Positions 13,696-25,105 of a stretch of 64,000 bases of DNA are shown here, in pieces. The stretch's first letter is position 1. Each line of letters opens with the position of its first letter. A model generated the notes under the pieces. The model searched no databases, was not told the origin of the DNA, and worked only from the letters and a program-made list of their open reading frames with translations. Position numbers and translations under genes: made by a program. This stretch comes from Anthoceros angustus (taxonomy: Eukaryota > Plantae > Anthocerotophyta), in NCBI GenBank assembly GCA_010909165.1, contig MU008206.1, positions 186,001 to 250,000 of the forward strand, written 5' to 3'.

Positions 13696-14918
13696 GTAGA
13701 ATATGTATACATTTTAATGTATAAAACAACGTTGTAAAATCATTGAGATATGAATTTTCCAAGTTGTAATCTACCTAATAGATTGTGTTGTAAAGCTGGC
13801 GATTCACAATTTTTAGGTTGTAAATGAGGTTGTAAATGAGGTTGTAAATGAGGTTGTAAATGAGGTTGTAAATGAGGTTGTAAATGAGGTTGTAAATGAG
13901 GTTGTAAATGAGGTTGTAAATGGCGTTGTAAATGGCGTTGGCGAGCGTCGTTTGCTTGCAAACCGTCGTGGCAAATGGCGTTGGCGACGGCGCTTACAAA
14001 CACAAATAACGGCGTTGGCGAACACGCTTGCAAACACGGTGACGGCGTTGGCGAATGGCGCTTGCAAACACGGTGACGGCGTTGGCGGCGGCGCTTACAA
14101 ACACGGTGACGGCGTTGGCGACGGCGCTTGCAAACACGGTGACGGCGTTGGCGGCGGCGCTTGCAAACACGGTGACGGCGTTGGCGAACGGCGCTTGCAA
14201 ACACGGTGAACGGCGTTGGCGAACGGCGCTTGCAAACACAAATAACGGCGTTGGCGAACGGCGCTTACAAAACGACGGCGTTGGCGGCGGCGCTTGCAAA
14301 CACGGTGACGGCGTTGGCGGCGGCTTGCAAACACGGTGACGGCGTTGGCGAACGACGCTTGCAAACATAGCGAACGACGTTGGCGAACGACGCTTGCAAA
14401 CACAGCGAACGACGTTGGCGAACGACGCTTGCAAACAAAGCAAACGACGTTGGCGAACGTCGTTTGCTTTGCAAACGATGTTGTAATTAAAATTGTACTC
14501 TAGATTGTAAGTAAGGGTGTATGAAGGTTGTAAATGAGGTTGTAACGTATATTGTAAAATACGTTGTAAATAGACCCACTTTTATAACCTAGTTAAGCTG
14601 TCATACTACAACCTCCTATTAACAACCTAGATTACAAGGCAACCACATTGTAAATGGCATTGTCATTTAGGTTGTAAACGAGCCCAGTGTTGTAAATGGC
14701 GTTGTAAACCGGCTACCCCGGACACCTTACCCGTCCGGTTAGCAGATGTGGCTGCCACATCAGCAATTTGATGACGTGGCAAACTTCCCTGCCACGTCAG
14801 CAATTTACCAACCTAGTTAAGTTGTAAGTCTACAAATGTGTAAATGTCCTTTTTTACAACGTGAGGTTGTAAATTACGTTGTAACATCCGTTATAAAACA
14901 CCTGCGATTTTTCTAGTG
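13696..14918. mobile_element. Right end of the same CACTA element (copy 2; tandem duplication 11966-13695 / 13696-15482)
   Basis: The same TAGTG terminus is at 14918. The 12-bp and 33-bp arrays have different copy numbers from copy 1. Confidence 0.7.
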
Positions 14919-15624
14919 AACTTAGATGCAGTGTCCCGAGTACCAAAGTGTCCGAAATGGCATGCCATGCACAACCGGGTGTGATAACGGGTCATGAATA
15001 TGCAAATACGAATGTATCACTTTAATTTATAATATATTTAGAGAGCGAGGCACATTCATTTTGTAGGGAGGAGTTGGCTAATGCCCAATGGGCTCGCCGA
15101 CGCTTAGGTTCATAGGCGTTAAAGTTTTCACTCTTCTTACAAATGCATCACATTACTACCTAATATAATTCGCTTTATCCACATGTACTTATATCTTAGA
15201 TGGAAGTTGAGGTTATTGAGGAGATTCAACTGGCAGCAGGGAAGATTGATAGTCTCGACCAACCTGTTACATTGGGCTCCACTTCTTTTGGAGGATGCGG
15301 AGCCATGAGAGGGAGCGATTGCAGAAGGATGTAGGAGGATGCGGGAGGATGTAGGAGGAGGCTGGAGGGAGCGATAGTACATGCACGAGTAGGAAAGTAA
15401 GATTGTCGGGGCCAAAATATGAGGGATCAATCCTAGGTTATGGGTGCATGTGGACAAAAAAGATTGAAGTGAAAGTTTGGTAGTGCTTGGAATCTAATGT
15501 GGCTATGCTCTTTCCAATTCCCATGGTTTATTTTTCCTCATCTTCATTATCATGTTTTTCATGCGTTCTTTGAAATTTGTGATAGTAGGGTCCAGGGTGT
15601 GCGGTGCGGTGAGCCGAGTTCCAA

Positions 15625-16075
15625 GTTTAGGGTTTCACAGGTTTAGGGTTTTGCAGCAGCTGATCTTCTAGGTTTAGGGTTTCATATATTTAGGATTCCA
15701 TAGGTTTAGGGTTTCACAAGAATAGGGTTTCACAGGTTTAGGGTTTGGCAGCTGTTGATCTTCTAGGTTTAGGGTTTCACAAGAATAGGGCTTCACAAGT
15801 TTAGGGTTTTGCAGTTGTTGATTTTCAAGGTTTAGGGTTTCACAAATTTAGGGTTCCACAGGTCTAGGGTTTTATGGCAGCTGATCTTCTAGGTTTGGGG
15901 TTTTATAAATTTAGGGTTCTACAAGTTTAGGGTTTTACGGCAGATGATCTTTCAGGTTTAAGGTTTTACAGGTTTAGGGTTTTACAGGTATAGGGTTCTA
16001 GGGTTTAGGGTTTAGGGTTCTACAGGTTTAGGGTTTTACAAGTATAGGGTTCACGGCAGCTGATCTTCCAGGTTC
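15625..16075 (+). repeat. Degenerate telomere-derived array, G-rich strand on +
   Basis: GGTTTAGGGTTT units recur, separated by CACA(A/G) or GCAGCTGATCTTCTA spacers, with a short pure TTTAGGG run near 15998-16018. Confidence 0.9.
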
Positions 16076-16309
16076 AAGGACGGATACCGGCTATATTTAA
16101 AAAGCAAATCAGAGAGTGGAGCACCCTAGTTTTGGATAAGGTTCCTTTATATTATTTTTTCCATGGGGCCTCCTTCTTCCGCTTCTGGGAAGCACACTCC
16201 TTACCTCATCTGCGGAATTTTATGTGGAATTTTATATAACGGTATTGTTGGTGCAAAGAGGCACTTGGGCATGATGCACTAGGATTTTGACTAAAATGCA
16301 TGGGAGGCT

Positions 16310-19300
16310 CAAATGAGGGCTACATCTTCCGGGTTGCCGCCCCTTCCTCCTCTCGTCGGGTTGCTCCCCTGGAGCCTCCGCCAGAGTCTTGGCAATAGTT
16401 ATGGGCGTAGTCTGATAATCTTTTGGCTCTTTATGACACGCGTCTCCCGAGATCCTGCCTTTTTCGGCATCTCCCCCATCGACTGCAAGACGATGTCCGC
16501 TTGGCCTACAGGCTTCCCTTGGAGCGCCTTGCGCAGGACTCCCGAGATGAAGCAGCCTGGACTTTGTTCCTTTTCCTTTCCCGGGTGGTGTCTCCGTCGC
16601 TCTAGAGGTGGGAATTCACTTCACAAGAAGATTACCTCCCGGCTCTGCCGTTTCCGGGCTAGGGACTGGTAGGCTCTTCAGGAAGAGGGGAGCTGTGCTG
16701 CTCGATCGAGGTTGGAGTCGGCTAAGCTTGATCAGGTTTGTCAAGTCCCCGTGAAGGCGTGTCTGAAACGTGCCTCCTACTTGGTCGCACAGGTGAGTAT
16801 GCTAGGGCTGTACGGGCCCTTCGACGAGCCGGTGGCTCTGGCATCCAAGGAGATTATTGCTGCTCTTCGGGCCCTACACCCGGCTCCAGACGTCCCCACC
16901 AAATATCTTGGAGTTTGTGGTGGAGGAGCCCTTCTGTCTGGACAGGGTGGTTTTTGGTCGCGCTCTAACTACCAACCCGCGGCTCTCTTCTGGGGGTCTT
17001 TCTGAAACAATTTATGATCACCTTCGTGACTACTTCTCTCCTGAGGATCCCTCTAGTGGGTTTTTGGAGCTCTTTATCCTGGCGGCGGCTGTGGCGCGGG
17101 GGGAAGAACCCCCATCGCATTTCACGGGTGTTGGGGGCTAGCAGGCTTTTGGCTATGGAGAAGCCCACATCGGGGGTGCGCCCCATCACCGTGGGAGAGG
17201 CGTTCCTATGTCTTATTAGCCGCAGCATTGCCCTCCAGCTCAGGGAGCAATTCCGGGCTCATCTTAGCCCCCATCAGTTTGGCATCGCCACCCCGGAGGG
17301 CTGCGAGCTCGACGGTGAGTTTTGTAGTCGAGGTGGTTTTCCAGCAACAGCTGGATTGTGTTGCCCTTCGATGTTGAGCGCTTTCAACGCTTTGTATCGT
17401 GACCATCCATCTTCAAGAGCTTAAAAGGCCGGGCGGGCAACTAGCAAGTCTTATTCCTTTTGTTTGCTCTTTCTATGGTTCCCCGTCTAAACTATATTAT
17501 CAGCACGGGCTCTTAGTGGGGGGTCTCCGTGCTTGACTCCACAATGGGAACCAGGCAAGGGGATCCCTTTGGAGGAGCTCTCTTTGCTATGGCACATTTC
17601 AGGGCCTTGTCAATAACTGCCTCCTTGGTGTAGGAGTGCGTCTTTCCATTGGTGGCCGATGACACCCACATCCTTGGGTCGGTGGATAAAGTCAAAGATG
17701 ATTTCAACCTCCTCTCCTTGGAGCTCTCCCGGGAGCCTTGGCCTGAAGGTCAAGATCTTGAAGTGCAAGGTTTGGTCCCCGTCCGGTCTTACGCCCCCTC
17801 TTCACTATCCCAGGGGGGATATTGATTCTCCACAAGGGCTACGGATCCTTGGAGTCCCGGTCGGGCCCCCGGGCTTTATACGAGAATTTGTGGATGTTGC
17901 TTTGAAAGAGGATCTTGCACATATCGACCTCTCTAGGTTGGGCGACCCACAGGTGGCCTTCGGCATCCTCTCTTCACCCAGCATCGCCACAGGTATCTTA
18001 TTCGCATTGTCCCCCCCTATGTAGTTTTTCTTTCTCAACTTGGAGATTTCGACGAGCAGGTTATGCATTCTCTGGGAGACATATCGGCCCAGGTTCCTTC
18101 GAATGTGCGGCCGGGGACTTGGAGCGGTGACAGCGTTCCTACCTGCCGCTTTTGGGGGCGCAGGTCTTTTGACCATGGAGGCCTCAGCGCCAGCGGCTTT
18201 TCTAGGAAGCTAGGCTCTCTTGGCCCCCATTTTGGCCTCTCGCTTCCTTATTCGAGATAGCAACATTTTGGAGGATTTCGTCGCCGGAGTTGAGGAGGGG
18301 TGCTTCCCCCTCCAAGTGTCCCTAAGGTCGGCTGGGACCTCTTACCCCCCTCGGCCGGGAGGCCATGCCTTCTTTTTCTTCGTTTCTCGCAGATAGGTTT
18401 CGGGGGTTGCAGGCTTCTCTCCGGGAGCCTTGGCCTGAAGGTCAAGATCTTGAAGTGCAAGGTTTGGTCCCCGTCCGGTCTTACGCCCCCTCTTCACTAT
18501 CCCAGGGGGGATATTGATTCTCCACAAGGGCTACGGATCCTTGGAGTCCCGGTCGGGCCCCCGGGCTTTATACGAGAATTTGTGGATGTTGCTTTGAAAG
18601 AGGATCTTGCACATATCGACGACCTCTCTAGGTTGGGCGACCCACAGGTGGCCTTCGGCATCCTCTCTTCCTGCTTCGCGCGCTGCCCTGGGTATCTTAT
18701 TCGCATTGTCCCCCCCTATGTAGTTTTTCTTTCTCAACTTGGAGATTTCGACGAGCAGGTTATGCATTCTCTGGGAGACATATCGGCCCAGGTTCCTTCG
18801 AATGTGCGGCCGGGGACTTGGAGCGGTGACAGCGTTCCTACCTGCCGCTTTTAGGTGGTCTTTTGACCATGGAGGCCTCAGCGCCAGCGGCTTTTCTAGG
18901 AAGCTAGGCTCTCTTGGCCCCCATTTTGGCCTCTCGCTTCCTTATTCGAGATAGCAACATTTTGGAGGATTTCGTCGCCGGAGTTGAGGAGGGGTGCTTC
19001 CCCCTCCAAGTGTCCCTAAGGTCGGCTAGGGACCTCTTACCCCCTCTGGCCAGGGAGGCCATGCCTTCTTTTTCTTCGTTTCTCGCAGATAGGTTTCGGG
19101 GTGTGCCTCTCCAGGAGAAGCATTATGGGCAGTGCTGAGGTCTTCTTGGATTCTTCTATTCCTCGTCCCGCTAGAGCTCGCCTTTGCTCTTGCTCAGGGA
19201 AGGGTGCAGGTTCCTGGCTCCTAGCCCGCCCTTACATCTAGGCGTTCAGTGCACGGCTTCTTTTCTACGCGATGAGGTTTCGCACAGGTCCGTCCAACCA

Positions 19301-19760
19301 CTAGCCCGTTCTCTTAGGCTTCTTCGTAGGGCCTCCATCGTGACCACCATGGCCCTTAGCACGTTGTCCAATGAGTGGACAACGTATTGCTACACACGAC
19401 GCCGTTCGAGACGTCGTGTTCTCGATGGCCAAGGAGAGCAGTTTCTTCCCTTTCAAGGAGCAGCAGTATACTCTGCTCAATGGCATCTCTATTAGAGCTG
19501 ACCTTTTCTTGACACGGGGGGACGAGAACTCGATTGCAGATGTGGTTGTCACTGACCCAACTAGAGATTCTGTTAGCGACCATGTCATCATCAACCCTCC
19601 AGGTTGGGCGGCGGAAGGGAGCGCAATTAAGAAAATTTATAAGTATAGGCCCATGCAGCAAGGTCACATTTTCATCCCCCTTGCCATTGAAATCCATGGG
19701 GCCTTGGGTAAGGTTTTTTCTCGTTTTATCAAGGAGTGCATAAGGCACGGTTTGCTCGAT
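16310..19760 (+). mobile_element. RLE-type non-LTR retrotransposon (CRE/SLACS-like), frameshifted, with an internal ~690-bp duplication, 3'-truncated
   Basis: RT motifs: LLAMEKPTSGVRPITVGEAF, PHQFGIATPEGCE, AFNALYR, GTRQGDPFGGALF, VADDTHILG, GLRILGVPVG. Zn-knuckle remnant: C...GQRIATHDAVRD. Restriction-like endonuclease: RADL...ADVVVTDP...KIYKY...FIPLAIEIHGALG. The duplication is 17727-18417 / 18418-19110. Confidence 0.9.
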
Positions 19761-19775
19761 CACACGATCTAAAAG

Positions 19776-19838
19776 CCCTAAACCCTAAACCCTAAACCCT
19801 AAACCCTAAACCCTAAACCCTAAACCCTAAACCCTACA
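19776..19838 (+). repeat. Interstitial telomeric sequence: (CCCTAAA)8 plus CCCTACA
   Basis: Eight perfect plant-type telomere heptamers at 19776-19831. Confidence 0.98.
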
Positions 19839-20464
19839 CACCCAGAAAATTCCAAACGCCGTTTTGATCTGCAACCAGTCCACCAGGCTCTGAGCAACGC
19901 TAGATGAGATTTACCATCTCGTTCCTGTTTTAAAGTCTCCACATTCTCTCTTACCTCGATCATCTAAGTCATCTAACGAGCAAACCGTTGCTTTGAACAG
20001 CCCCACAACCAGAAAATTCCAAACGCCGTTCTGATCTGTAACCAGTCCACCAGGCTCTGAGGAACGCGCGGAACGATACACTCTACTCAGCAGGCCCTAC
20101 CAATAACCACCTGTTTCCGCTATGTTCACTACCACAAAGCGATCACCCATGGGAAACGCCCAATACGCAGGACCTTCCACAAGTAGCCAATGTTGACCAG
20201 GCATCCCGAGATACTTCACCGTATTCAAGAGGACAACTCCCATTCCACCGAGGTGGACTGCAGCATCACTCGGAAAGCCACGGCAAACACTTTCACACGA
20301 TCTAAAAGCTGCCCTCAGCAATGTTCTTTTCAAATTGATGCCTTCAAATTAGGCCTTAATACCGAAGAGGAATGCTACGGCCTAAACTCTCAACCTACAT
20401 CTCTCAAAATTTTCTATCGGCCCGGTTAGCCCAAGCAGATACTTTCACCCCGCCCGTGCGGATG

Positions 20465-23193
20465 TTAATCTGAATCAGCATCTGAATCCCGCTCTTCTGG
20501 CTTCGCCTTCACCACGCCGACATCCGCCGGCCTGATTACTCTATCATGAAGTCTGTAGCCCGTCTGCATTCCATGCAAACCGAGTCAGGAACTGAAGTGC
20601 TAGTAGTCAGTTTCGTGCCGTTCAGCTTGTAAAAACTCACCTTCAAAACGACTGCGACAGTGCCAGCTTCCTTGCTACTGTCCTCTACCTCGAATACAGC
20701 TGCATGGACATTCGGATCGAACTTTTCCCCGACAGGATCATATTTCACTAAGCCGTGCTTCTTGAACGCCTGCTCAAAGATCAATGACGAGTACGCCACA
20801 TCATTCCTCCATTAACGGTAGATCAACAACCAAAAAGAATGCGGGAGGCCGTTCGACCCACCTGTGACAACACCTTCTCCGTCATTTCCACACCTTCCAG
20901 CAGTGCCTGAAGCTGCTTACCATACCCCTGAGCATCATCACCTGCCATCTCAGGCTCACTAGACTTTTTGGGAACAGCAGCTGCAGCCCGACTCAAGTTA
21001 TCTGCCACATCAAGCAAGTCCTTGGCAAAACCCTGTCAAACACAGCCGCACACAAACGTCACACACGGACTATAACTGAGAAAAACGCCAAACCTAACGG
21101 TCAAGACATGCAAGCGAAGGATTGGCACACCTGGACAGCGAATTTGCGTGCATTCTCAGCTTCCCTCTTAGTCCTCTCAACCAAGTTTTGCGCTGATGCC
21201 AAGTTCCGAAGCATGTTACTCTCCATTTCCTTGAGAGCCTTTTTCGAGTTTGCTAGCTGCTCTTCAGCATCCTCAAGCTGGTCCTGCAGCTCTTCCAACT
21301 TCTGAGCCTCGTTGCTCATGACTTCAGCCACTTTGGCGGCTGTTTCTGGCGCAGCCTTCACTCCCCCCTCAGGCCCACTACTGACAGGCTCCACCTTCTC
21401 CTCAACCGCGGCAGGACTGGCGTTATCATCTGCTGATGATCCCGATCGCCCTTCCTTGGTCCCCACTTCGGGTGCTGCAGATGACAAGCTAGCCGTATGG
21501 GCACAAAGGCGTTCAGATGTGGCAGCCGGGAGGCTCTGTTGAGCAGAAGTTGGTTTTCTTTGTCAATCTACTGAATGTAAACAAGCTATGCATCCGACTT
21601 CGGACCAGCTACTGCGACTTTCCTCTGGACTGCTGCTGTTAAGGGGAACAAACAAACTGTGCGAAAATGCTGTGACAGGAGTGCATGCGCCTTGAAGCTG
21701 GAATGACACACAAACCCAGTACCAGTGCCACTTGCAGAACAACTTGAAGGCCCTCACATCACGTGGTCATCAGGGAGGGAGGGAGGCAGGGAGGGAGGCA
21801 GGCAGGCAACACAGTTGCAGAAGGGAAGAAGGGTTAGAAAGGGGACTGAGAGTGATGCATGCACAAATGAGGTCAAGGAACCAGTTGAAGCAAATGGAGC
21901 TCAGCGTCGAACCCAAGCCCGGTGGCTGCCTGAGGAATGAGCTCACCGTCCACCATGCCGCCGAAGACGAGGATAGCATTCCCCGAATTAACCGCACAGG
22001 CAGCATGGAAGGAGCGTTTGGGCGCGGCTCCCCACTGCTTCAGCTTCTTCCAAAACCTTCGGCAAAGCCGGTTGGCGCCCGCCTCCGGGGACCTGCTCAT
22101 GCACCCGGACGCGGAGGACTGCGGAGTGACAGCCGGATCCAGAACCCACACATCGCTTTTCCTACATCGCCTGGCATCCTCCCCCCCGAAGATGAGAATC
22201 CTGCCCCCGAAAATGAGCGTGGCCGAGTGCCCCGCACGAGGAGCAGGGAAGTCCGGGGCGGCTGGCCTCATGGGCTCAGCTCCACCCGTAGGCCACTCCC
22301 CTCCATGTCCAGCACCCACACATCGTTCATCACCTCGAACCTGACCCCTGCCCCCGAACAGGATGATCCGCTTCCCGCCCACCCAGGTGAGCGAGTGCCC
22401 GGATCGCGCAGCCGGCGCAACGGGGTAACGATTTCCCGCCACTCAGGGCTCCCGGTTCTGAGATCCAGCACCCACGTATCCCCCAGGCGCACCCCGTCAG
22501 ATCCTATCCCCGAACACCACCATCCTGCTCCCGTCCGCGTCCCGTCCCCGTCCCCGGCGTGGCAGGCGGCGTGCGCCCCTGGGCGGCGGGGCCGGGACAG
22601 GGCGCCCTCCAGCAGCTTCCATGCCCACCTGCCGTCCGCCCCGGCTCTGAACACCCATGCGTCGTTGTGGCGCACGGCCTTGTCGTTGATGCCCCCGAAG
22701 GCCACCAGAGCATCCCCAACTGCGCTGCAGCTGTGGCCGAAGCGGCCGGATGGCGTGCCGCAGCCAGCCATCCTCCAGCGCACGCCGTGAGAAGGATCGT
22801 CCGGGAGGAGGCCACCCAGGTGTCGTCAGGTCCCGACCTGCCACATCCATCAATCATCCCTCTTAAGACACATCGAGGATTCACACTACCCTCATCCTTG
22901 CACAAACCGCCCATTTCCGCGGAATCCCATCACACAAGAAACATCAAGTTCAATTCCTGGGTCAGCACTTGTCTGTAATATACCTTGCTTTCAGCCACCA
23001 ATAGAAAATCTCTGTCTTGCACAGGCCTCCGCAAAATGCCCACACATCCTGATTCCTGCAGCTGAGTGAACGTCGGGGCTACGCTACGCTGGGCGCTTGA
23101 AAACACAGGCGCTCCCTGCTGCTGCCGAAAAACTCTAAGGAGCCGTCTGCTCCCCTGGCGCATACTCGACTGCAAGGGATTCATCGCCGCCAC
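20465..23193 (-). CDS. GrpE: Mitochondrial GrpE co-chaperone (multi-exon; intron 1 contains a 1.3-kb duplicated kelch fragment)
   Basis: Exon 1 is an Arg/Ser-rich presequence MAAMNPLQ...AESK ending at AAG|gtatat, in phase with cag|SLPAATSER. Later exons give NLVERTKREAENARKFAVQ, DLLDVADNLSRA, LLEGVEMTEK, KFDPNVHAAVF and HDRVIRPADVGVVK. Stop codon at 20465. Confidence 0.93.
21540..22850 (-). pseudogene. Duplicated last exon and 3'UTR of the F-box/kelch gene inside GrpE intron 1
   Basis: Near-identical to 24772-26094, with extra indels. Confidence 0.85.
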
Positions 23194-23576
23194 CAGTTAC
23201 ACCAATCCAACGCTAGGATCAACACTGAAACATCATTCTAATTTTTAGGGAGGTTTAGGGTTTTATGGTAGGAGGAACCCTAGAGCGCAAGGTAGCTCGA
23301 CGGGCCACACCGGGCGGAAGCTTCCAGGGACTTCATTGAATTTCTGTCAGCGAAGTGGGAAATCGGAGATTCTGTGCTAAATGATTCTTCGGTGGCGGTT
23401 GAGCACTGGCAGACAGCTGGAGCCTAAAATCCGTCTTTCAAATGCGCGGAACGCGGTGACAGCATGCGGGAAGGGTGGCGAGATCCCTGTTAGTTGGATG
23501 GTAGCAGCAGCCATGAATCTAGCATCCGGAGGGTCTTGTACAGAGATTGTTTGAGGGACAGGGGTTGCCGGCAACC
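23194..23576. promoter_or_regulatory. Bidirectional promoter region between GrpE and TEX261 with telo-boxes
   Basis: Head-to-head ATGs are about 380 bp apart. GGTTTAGGGTTT (~23252) and AACCCTAG (~23276) are telo-box motifs, and a GGGCC site-II-like motif lies near 23302. Confidence 0.55.
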
Positions 23577-24677
23577 ATGTCGGTGGGGACAGTTGTGGTG
23601 TATGCAGGCGGATATATCTTTCTCGTCTTCTTTGCTGTATGCCTGGGTGAGTAAGATCGTCTTCGTTTGTGCATGTCCCCTAGTCCCCGAGAATGCCCTT
23701 TTTCTGACAGGGATTTCAGCACTTGGATGGTGGTTGGTGCGCTAATCGTGAAAATTGCTTTGGCAGCAACTGGGCTTTACTACATCGCTGAATTGGTGGA
23801 GGAGAACACTCGACTCACCCGACGTGTTATAAACTATACAATCAAGGTTTGTGAAGGATCTTGAGTAGGAAAGGCTCTGCAGAGGGGGCTGTCGAGGTAC
23901 CCAGCAACCTTTGCTGTTTTTTCTGATAGGTTGGTTACATTTTGCTGCGCCTGTCGTCCAGGTTGTGATCGCGGTTCATTTGTTGCTACTGTTTGTGGAT
24001 CGGCTCCCTCTGCTTTGTATAGCATGCGGGCTGGCGTCCCATGTGGTTTACTATCGTCTGCTGAAGACGTTTCCCTACATCAGCTTGACTTCCAATGACT
24101 TTCTTGGGAGTGTGGGTAGGTTGTCTTTCTCTTCTGCCCTTTGCCTGGTGCCTCACATGAAGCCTTTTCGTTTTTTGTGATAACTCCTTCTCCATGCGCT
24201 AACTCCTCCTGTTCTTCCATCTGGTAGCCGGACTGGTGATGAGCCTGGCAGCTTGGACCCGATTCTTCCTCGTAGATCCACGATGCGCTTATGTCAGTAT
24301 CGAATGGATCCTAGGCTTCCTGTTGGTGATGGTGTTTATGGTACCCTTTTGCTTCTTCATCTCTCTGGCTGCCAACGAGGGCGTACTTCCCGGCGGGCCT
24401 GGTGGAGCTCATCAAGGCATCCATGCTCGTTCAGGTGAGGCCAGGGCAGGACTTGTTGCCATTGTTCTCTTGGCTTGGACTGTTTTGCAGCCTGACTAAA
24501 ACAAGGTTACCTCCATTTGCAGAAGTTGATTCCAGCGTCACGCGAGCAGGAAGACCCTCTCGAGGCTCCCTGCTCACAATAATGAATTTTTTGAAGGTGA
24601 AAAGAGACGAAGTTCTCCCGCAGTTTTCGTCTCGACTGTCATCGGGCCACTATGGGAGGAGTATGAAGTCCATTTGA
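23577..24677 (+). CDS. TEX261: TEX261/Svp26 (Erv26-family) ER-Golgi membrane adaptor, 5 exons
   Basis: Spliced product reads MSVGTVVVYAGGYIFLVFFAVCL|ATGLYYIAELVEENTRLTRRVI...LLKTFPYISLTS...VPFCFFISLAANEGVLP, with canonical GT-AG introns. Confidence 0.88.
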
Positions 24678-25105
24678 CTGCGTACCAGATTTCTTGGCTT
24701 AGATTTCCTTCGTGGACGTGATTTGTGTATCTATAGGGCCGTGTATTTATCCATGAACGTGAATAAATAAACTGAGCAGAAGTTGGTTTTCTTTGTCAAT
24801 CTACTGAATGTAAACAAGCTATGCATCCGACTTCGGACCAGCTACTGCGACTTTCCTCTGGACTGCTGCTGTTAAGGGGAACAAACAAACTGTGCGAAAA
24901 TGCTGTGACAGGAGTGCATGCGCCTTGAAGCTGGAATGACACACAAACCCAGTACCAGTGCCACTTGCAGAACAACTTGAAGGCCCTCACATCACGTGGT
25001 CATCAGGGAGGGAGGGAGGCAGGGAGGGAGGCAGGCAGGCAACACAGTTGCAGAAGGGAAGAAGGGTTAGAAAGGGGACTGAGAGTGATGCATGCACAAA
25101 TGAGG

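Noticed and set aside
12072-14474. Ala/Thr-rich 11-residue repeat ORFs (TVTALAAALAN) resembling type I antifreeze proteins, and CKRR repeat ORFs
   Set aside because: These are translations of a 33-bp minisatellite that is open in several frames on both strands, with frame-breaking unit variants, inside CACTA subterminal DNA.
12085-16075. CRISPR-like appearance of the repeat arrays
   Set aside because: There are no unique spacers and no cas genes, and the context is eukaryotic.
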